Shown here: positions 57,722 to 64,000 of the stretch, piece by piece
How the letters are laid out: every line of letters starts with the position of its first letter
How positions within the stretch are numbered: position 1 is the first letter of the stretch
Assembly (NCBI GenBank): GCA_038883655.1
Contig: JAVZLQ010000001.1
Span: 327,208-391,207 of the forward strand
DNA length: 64,000 nt
Reading direction: 5' to 3'
Source of the DNA: Candidatus Bathyarchaeia archaeon
Lineage (GTDB): Archaea > Thermoproteota > Bathyarchaeia > Bathyarchaeales > Bathycorpusculaceae
The notes under the pieces: model-generated
Database searches by the model: none
What the model was told of the DNA's origin: nothing
The model's input: only the letters and a program-made list of their open reading frames with translations
Made by a program: the position numbers and the translations under genes

Positions 57722-58216
57722 CTATTGTATTTCTTCCAAGAAGATTCTCGTTAGGGCGTCCTTATCAACGTTCAGTTTTTCGGACAGATCTTTCACCCAT
57801 TTCACGTATGTCCTGAATATTGTTTGGAGTATATCCGCCTTTTCCTTTTGAGACAAATCTTTTTCTTCTGCGATTAGAAGCGCAAACCACCTTCCAACGG
57901 CTGAAAGTCTATAGGTTTTAACCCAGATAGTCCGCCCCTCTTTCTCTGTTTTCTTCATGCTTTCTTCGACAACTCCGAGGTTTGTTAGCGTTTTTAAGTT
58001 TTCAATTATTGTTTTATTTGAGTATGGCAGTTTTTGCACAAGGTCTTTCTGATAGATTTCCTTTGAAGTTCCTTGTTTCAATGAGAATTTTAGTATGTCA
58101 AATGCTGCTTTTGAGCCGAATATTGCGTGTAGGATTTTTTCTTTTTCTTGTGATGGAAGAAAAACTACATAGGGATGGAAATCTTCTTTCATAGCATCAT
58201 CTAAAACTGCATCCAC
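57722..58216 (-). CDS. Winged-helix DNA-binding protein
   Basis: YQKDLVQKLPYSNKTIIENLKTLTNLGVV...YRLSAVG. Confidence 0.7.
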   Translation of the reverse strand: MDAVLDDAMKEDFHPYVVFLPSQEKEKILHAIFGSKAAFDILKFSLKQGTSKEIYQKDLVQKLPYSNKTIIENLKTLTNLGVVEESMKKTEKEGRTIWVKTYRLSAVGRWFALLIAEEKDLSQKEKADILQTIFRTYVKWVKDLSEKLNVDKDALTRIFLEEIQ

Positions 58217-58343
58217 ATGAACTTATTTTAAAGATTTTCGTCCAAGCAGAAAACGCCCTTAATAAAGTATTATATGAAAATTTATTTAATTAATTTATTT
58301 AAATTAAAAGCTGGTATGCAAGGCTATTTCGGAGGGGAGATGT

Positions 58344-58727
58344 TTGACATCACATTATATTAGGTGCACTGTTAAAGGATCATTTGAAAATGTTTTTGAG
58401 ACTTTGAACAGGGTTTTTGGCAATATATATGCCAAAAAATTTGATGGGTTTCGTGAACTTTCCAGAGGCGTAATTTTGGGTGAGGAATACTTTTTCAGAG
58501 TTAACAGTGACGTTGCTGTTTTAATTATTTTGGAAGAACGTTCCACGGAAGAAACGGAGGTTGAAATCATTTCCTGTGCTGGTGGCGCTGGACTTATTGG
58601 AATTTCGAAGGGCGCTCATTCCGCTTATGCCAATAAAGTGAAAGATTTTTTGGCGGAGTCTGGCTTCAAAATTGATGTTAAGGAAGAAATTCCCTATTTC
58701 AGCGATTACCGCGCAAGAACCACATGA
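58344..58727 (+). CDS. Hypothetical protein (DUF6054-like)
   Basis: EEYFFRVNS...IISCAGGAG pattern; GGAGGGG SD. Confidence 0.55.
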   Translation: MTSHYIRCTVKGSFENVFETLNRVFGNIYAKKFDGFRELSRGVILGEEYFFRVNSDVAVLIILEERSTEETEVEIISCAGGAGLIGISKGAHSAYANKVKDFLAESGFKIDVKEEIPYFSDYRARTT

Positions 58728-58732
58728 AAACG

Positions 58733-58981
58733 TTATTTCTCGCTTTTGTCTTTTGGGATTAAAGCCAAAATTTGAGTTGCATCCGCCTTTTCCTTTTTCT
58801 CCTTGCCTTTAAGGTATTCTTGGACCTTTGCTCTTAGTGACGGAAATTCGTCAAGCATGGCTTTTACTACTTGCCACCTTATTTCTTCGTTTTTGTCTTT
58901 TTGTCTCATTTGATGGTGAGTCTCCTTGTAGCCAATTATTGTATAGCAATACTCAATATAAACTTTTATTCCCAAAAACAC
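58733..58981 (-). CDS. Small hypothetical protein (likely start near 58909)
   Basis: AGGAG precedes the internal ATG (MRQKDK); short helical body. Confidence 0.4.
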   Translation of the reverse strand: MFLGIKVYIEYCYTIIGYKETHHQMRQKDKNEEIRWQVVKAMLDEFPSLRAKVQEYLKGKEKKEKADATQILALIPKDKSEK

Positions 58982-59006
58982 AACAACAAAAGAAAAAAGG
59001 AGGGCG

Positions 59007-60359
59007 CTATTGAATATTAATGACGTTTATAGTCTTCTTATGCAACTTAACAGCGGTCACGATTACGGCGATGGCTATGGTAGCGCCTAATAATGTTAGC
59101 ATAAGTGGAACTGGCAGCCATGGAACGACTTCTTCAACGCCTATTGACGGGTCATGTTCTAGTATGTTGTCTCCAAAGTACGGGTATCCAATGAATAGGC
59201 GCATGTGATTTCCAGCAAGTTTGTAAGCAGCCGTTACATCAACTACTTTTTTATCCTGCAGATCTGTGGCATTTATAACTACGGCGGCATTTACAAAGTC
59301 AAAGAACCCCGCCAATGTTTGGCTTTCGTTGGCGAAGCGAAGTCTGAAGCGCTCACGCAGACGAGCTCTAACGTTTAGAGGCACCGTGTCGCTGGTTATC
59401 CTGTTACGTACTTGAACTCTCTGTCCTCCAGCAATTATGTCGGATAGGGTGGAGATGCCTTCAACTGGCTCTATTGGAGCTAATGTGCTGTTTTCGGGCA
59501 CGGGCATTGTTGTGTTGGTGGCATCCTGCTCGGCTATTGGGATATCTTCTATTTCTATTGATGCGAGGTCAACCCATAATGCTAATCCAGCGCGCAGTTT
59601 TGGCACAGTTATATTGTAGTTGCTTGAAAGGAATTCAAATAAGTCATTAAGTTTGTCGATGTTCCACTCCCAGTTTTGTATCACCAAGTCCATCTTGAGC
59701 TCTCCAGCCTTTACTGTATAAGTGTATAGTCCATACACGCTTTCTGTGGCGTCTGTCTCGTAGAAGCGGCAGCGAATCACCACGTTGCCATCAGCAAAAT
59801 CAAACACTCCAGGCGCATTCACAAGCGTAAAGTTGAAGGAGATGTACGAAACACCATCATCTCTTGTAACCTCAACTGGACCAGACAAATTCCAACTACA
59901 AGCACTGAAAGGCAGAAACGACGGATGAAGACCTAAAAGTGATGCTATAGTTGCCCTAATTCTATTTCGTATATGCGTCCTATGTGGCTCAGGCATGGGT
60001 GTAGAATACTTCGCCTCTAATCTTTCTTGTATCGTTAGGCTATTTGCCTCATACATTGTTCGATAATATTCATAGTCGAGTGTCATGTATTCGATCAGGC
60101 CCTTGTACTTTACGACATAGATGTTGTTTGTGTCATTTGTGTACCACCACAGGAACATCGGCTTTCCGCTGGCAGGGAATAATATTGTTATTAGGTCAGT
60201 TTGGATTCTCCACCATTCGCGATACGGTCCATAGGTAGCTTGTATACTATTTGCTGCTGCGGCGTCGCTTATCAAGAACGTTGAAGCTATTGTTGATATT
60301 AGTAGAAACGCCAGCGAAATTGTTGTTATTGTTTTTTTCGCGTTTTTCATTCTTTTCAC
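59007..60359 (-). CDS. Secreted surface glycoprotein with C-terminal membrane anchor
   Basis: Signal peptide, several N-x-S/T sequons, HDPSIG followed by VVPWLP, a TM and KLHKK. Confidence 0.8.
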   Translation of the reverse strand: MKRMKNAKKTITTISLAFLLISTIASTFLISDAAAANSIQATYGPYREWWRIQTDLITILFPASGKPMFLWWYTNDTNNIYVVKYKGLIEYMTLDYEYYRTMYEANSLTIQERLEAKYSTPMPEPHRTHIRNRIRATIASLLGLHPSFLPFSACSWNLSGPVEVTRDDGVSYISFNFTLVNAPGVFDFADGNVVIRCRFYETDATESVYGLYTYTVKAGELKMDLVIQNWEWNIDKLNDLFEFLSSNYNITVPKLRAGLALWVDLASIEIEDIPIAEQDATNTTMPVPENSTLAPIEPVEGISTLSDIIAGGQRVQVRNRITSDTVPLNVRARLRERFRLRFANESQTLAGFFDFVNAAVVINATDLQDKKVVDVTAAYKLAGNHMRLFIGYPYFGDNILEHDPSIGVEEVVPWLPVPLMLTLLGATIAIAVIVTAVKLHKKTINVINIQ

Positions 60360-60399
60360 CGAAAAATAACTTTGATAAATGGCTTATTAAGAAAATCGT

Positions 60400-60447
60400 T
60401 TCGAAAAAACTCGAATACTGCCTTTTGGAAGTTCTAGAAAACTCGAA
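60400..60447. promoter_or_regulatory. Two palindromic TTCNA-N6-TCGAA operators upstream of the surface protein gene
   Basis: TTCGA-AAAAAC-TCGAA (60400-60415) and TTCTA-GAAAAC-TCGAA (60432-60447), 32 bp apart, just upstream of the minus-strand TATA (TTAATAA, 60384-60390). Confidence 0.5.
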
Positions 60448-60461
60448 TTTTATGTAGAATT

Positions 60462-61298
60462 TTATGTAAAGCGCCCAGTGAAAAAGAGCATCGCCATGTT
60501 TATGTATATCGCGGTTAGGCTTATGACTATGGCTTTATCAAGCCTTAAGCCCTTTCCGAAGCATAGGGCAGCGGATACCAGCAGCAACGTCCAAATCTGC
60601 AATATAAACAAGATTATCGTGGAAACTGATATTTTTAGTCCAACAATTATCAAAAATATTTCAGAAGTAAAGGGATAAACGTATGGGAAAATTGCAAGAG
60701 GGAGAGAAGCTAAAAGAAGGCATGTTAAAAGTTGAAGATCATTTCCAACCCTTCTGTAAATGAGTAAAGCGAGCATTTCTGTGAACAAGAATAAGCCTAT
60801 CCAGTTAAAGATATACAGGGCGATTAGGCTTGTAAAGTCATAAGCAGAATAGGGAAAGTAAAAGAACAGCGCAGAATCAAGTCCCGCAGAAGCAGCGCCA
60901 AAACCACCTAACAAAAGGATAGCTAACGCAAGTGGCAAAAATACGAGTGGTTTAACGGTTTTGGCGAAAACGGGCGATAAGAAAATCCACTTGGCAAAAC
61001 GGTGGCTTAAGGCTTCGCCAATTTCTAGGGATGCTGGAACGTTGCCTTCCTTTAGAACTTTGTATAGTGCTTGTCCGCGGTCGTTAAGCCTATACTTGCG
61101 CTGCTTGTCTTGCGTTATGAAGTCTGACAGCATGTCCAGATGGTAGTAAACTGTGCCCACGCCTAGTCCGAGCGCTTCTCGAAGTTCTTTGAATCCAATT
61201 TTTTCCTGTGTGCCGAGGATTTCAATTATTTTTCTTCTTGCTGGATCTCGCAGCAGCGTGTAGTACCTTGATAGGTCTTCTGTCAAGCGTCTTTTCAC
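60462..61298 (-). CDS. Membrane-anchored ArsR-like wHTH regulator with five TM helices
   Basis: DPARRKIIEIL...FKELREALG...GTVYYHL...YRL HTH, followed by a hydrophobic Yip1-like region. Confidence 0.8.
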   Translation of the reverse strand: MKRRLTEDLSRYYTLLRDPARRKIIEILGTQEKIGFKELREALGLGVGTVYYHLDMLSDFITQDKQRKYRLNDRGQALYKVLKEGNVPASLEIGEALSHRFAKWIFLSPVFAKTVKPLVFLPLALAILLLGGFGAASAGLDSALFFYFPYSAYDFTSLIALYIFNWIGLFLFTEMLALLIYRRVGNDLQLLTCLLLASLPLAIFPYVYPFTSEIFLIIVGLKISVSTIILFILQIWTLLLVSAALCFGKGLRLDKAIVISLTAIYINMAMLFFTGRFT

Positions 61299-61494
61299 CG
61301 TAAATTGAGCTTATGATTCGGTGATGGGTATTTATGCGTTTTTAAACACTCATATAGAATTTGGATAATGAACAGGTTTTCTCGTTTTGAAATATTGTCA
61401 TGGTGGGAATACATGCTTTATCCCATGCGAGACATTTTCCTTTTGAGGAAGGAGAAGACCCGCCCTTAAAAACCGTGTTTAGAGGACAAGCCAA

Positions 61495-62892
61495 ATGAAG
61501 TTAAGGCTGCCAGAAAACCGTGCGCTTTTCTATTTGACGCTTTGCCTACCATTTGTTCTGGCTTATGCCTCATGGCGCTTATTTCCAATTCTCGCCAACT
61601 GGCTGACAATGCAAGTCTTTAACTACCCAGCGTCCCAGCAGCCTCCAAGTCCACTCTGGCTTGCCATTACAAGCTTCCTCTATGCGTGGTACACGTTCTT
61701 GGCTATTGGCGTTGCTGGAGCTTGGGCTTTAATTGCCACATACACGCGAATCAAGCAAAGCAAAATAAAAAAGCCAAGTTATCCAATGGTTTCCTTCATT
61801 GTTCCAGCCTACAACGAGGAGCAGAATGTTTCACGTTGCATAAACAGCCTATTCAAATGTGCGGAGAAATACGATGGCTTATGCGAAATCATAGTTGTGG
61901 ATGACGGAAGCACAGACTACACATATGAGGTTGCCTGGGCAACAATAGAGCTTAACCGCAAAAGGCATCCAGCAACACGCGCAAAAGTTGTTAGGCACAC
62001 ATCAAACCTTGGCAAAGTTGAAGCCGTGAAAACTGGAGTTGGCAAGGCTCTTGGAAGCCTAATAGCCATAGTTGATGCCGATTCATGCTGGGCGTCAAAC
62101 ACGCTTGTAAAGCTTGTCAATTACATGCTGCTGAATGGGAAAAAGGCTGTAACTGGCTATGCGCACCCAACAGATGGCAGTGAAGAAACAAGCCCCTACA
62201 TAATTCTCCAACAGCTCGAATACAGCCAAGGTTTAGGCATAGCGCGCTGCGCCCAATCTCTAGGCGACAAAGTTCTCGTTGTTTCTGGAGCAATCGGCTT
62301 GTACGATGCAGAAGCTCTGCGCAAAATCTTCGCCGAAAAAAGCTTGCGCTCAGTCACTGATGATTTGGAAATAACTTTGGAAATGCATAAGAGAGGCGCA
62401 AATGTTGGCTATGTAAGCACAGCCAAAAGCATAACAATAGCTCCAACAACACTAAGCGTTTTATGGAGCCAAAGGCTTAGATGGTTCACTGGATGGCTCC
62501 ACAACACCCTTGAAATCCATAAGGACCTACTCCTAAAAAAGTCTTGGCTAACGCTGCTCTTGTGGTACTGTTACATATTCGAGTATGGAGGAGCCATCAT
62601 AGACATAGCTGCAATAACGGCGTTCCCACTCATCTTCTGGTTCGCCCCCGACCGCATATACTTCATCCTAAACCTCCTAATCTTCGCGCCATACGGCTTA
62701 ATTATAGGCGTTGTAAACCAAGCAATAGCCCTAAAATACGCCTACAACAACTACAATTATAGGGCTTTGCTCTTCTACACGCCATTCTACCCAATAATAA
62801 GATTCATCAACATAACAGCCCGCCTAACAAGCATAGCCCACTACGCAATAGGCGATAAAGGAAACTGGCACATAAAACAAAAGACATTCTGA
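61495..62892 (+). CDS. Processive GT2 polysaccharide synthase (PgaC/cellulose-synthase-like)
   Basis: VPAYNEE, VDDGSTD, DAD, TDD and QRLRW motifs; N- and C-terminal TM helices. Confidence 0.88.
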   Translation: MKLRLPENRALFYLTLCLPFVLAYASWRLFPILANWLTMQVFNYPASQQPPSPLWLAITSFLYAWYTFLAIGVAGAWALIATYTRIKQSKIKKPSYPMVSFIVPAYNEEQNVSRCINSLFKCAEKYDGLCEIIVVDDGSTDYTYEVAWATIELNRKRHPATRAKVVRHTSNLGKVEAVKTGVGKALGSLIAIVDADSCWASNTLVKLVNYMLLNGKKAVTGYAHPTDGSEETSPYIILQQLEYSQGLGIARCAQSLGDKVLVVSGAIGLYDAEALRKIFAEKSLRSVTDDLEITLEMHKRGANVGYVSTAKSITIAPTTLSVLWSQRLRWFTGWLHNTLEIHKDLLLKKSWLTLLLWYCYIFEYGGAIIDIAAITAFPLIFWFAPDRIYFILNLLIFAPYGLIIGVVNQAIALKYAYNNYNYRALLFYTPFYPIIRFINITARLTSIAHYAIGDKGNWHIKQKTF

Positions 62893-62953
62893 ACAAACTT
62901 CCATCAAAACTCAAAATTGTTAATACAGAGATAACAACCTATAATAGAGGGAA

Positions 62954-62968
62954 AAGAAACGTTTATAT
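62954..62968 (+). promoter_or_regulatory. BRE/TATA promoter of the rRNA operon
   Basis: AAGAAACG-TTTATAT ~270 nt upstream of the 16S, followed by a GC-rich structured leader. Confidence 0.6.
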
Positions 62969-63238
62969 TGCCTTTGACGCCTTCAAATTCATTTTGGCGA
63001 AAGAAGGTAGCCCCGCAATTTTACGGCGGCGGCTCAACCCCAACTAAAAAGGCGCATCGACGCCCTAAAGGATGAGGATGGTTGGCCTCCAATTGCGGGG
63101 ACAAAAATGTAGACCTGACATGCTTACATGCGTTAGGTCTGAAATGGGCTTCAGCGTCAAAAAGGAGCAGGCAGTTCCCCTCCAAATCCAGTCGGCTTTG
63201 CGGCTGTACAAGCCAAAAAGCGTAAACGGCAGCGCATC

Positions 63239-64000
<762 letters not shown>

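Overview
Archaeal chromosomal window, most consistent with a Bathyarchaeia (TACK) genome based on the 16S sequence style, a Cdv/ESCRT operon, HdrA-MvhD, a PEF-CTERM surface protein and a Cren7-like protein. It is gene-dense and mostly housekeeping. It holds an S-layer-like gene with glycosyltransferases (0-6.3 kb), radical SAM enzymes, tRNA-iMet, tRNA-Asp, rpl7ae-rps28e-rpl24e, gar1-tfb, rpl40e (missed by the ORF track), sucCD, alba-nusA-like-aspS, nreA, nucS, ppa, a FwdF-like polyferredoxin with an HdrA-MvhD fusion, an Lhr helicase, cdvB-cdvA-cdvB-cdvC, mobB, a membrane-anchored wHTH regulator/surface protein/GT2 synthase module, and the 5' part of a 16S rRNA. I see no integrase, transposase or CRISPR array. 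The most notable unannotated structure is: (1) a divergent pair of paralogous leucine-zipper proteins, one carrying a Cren7-like zinc ribbon and the other lacking it but with an acidic CxxC tail; (2) two clean box C/D guide sRNAs; (3) a shared palindrome+BRE/TATA motif linking the S-layer gene and the glycosyltransferase operon; (4) a ~133-bp foldback between cdvC and mobB; (5) a 17-aa Lys-rich minigene; (6) a frameshifted methyltransferase. All family assignments come from motif recognition by eye, not database searches.
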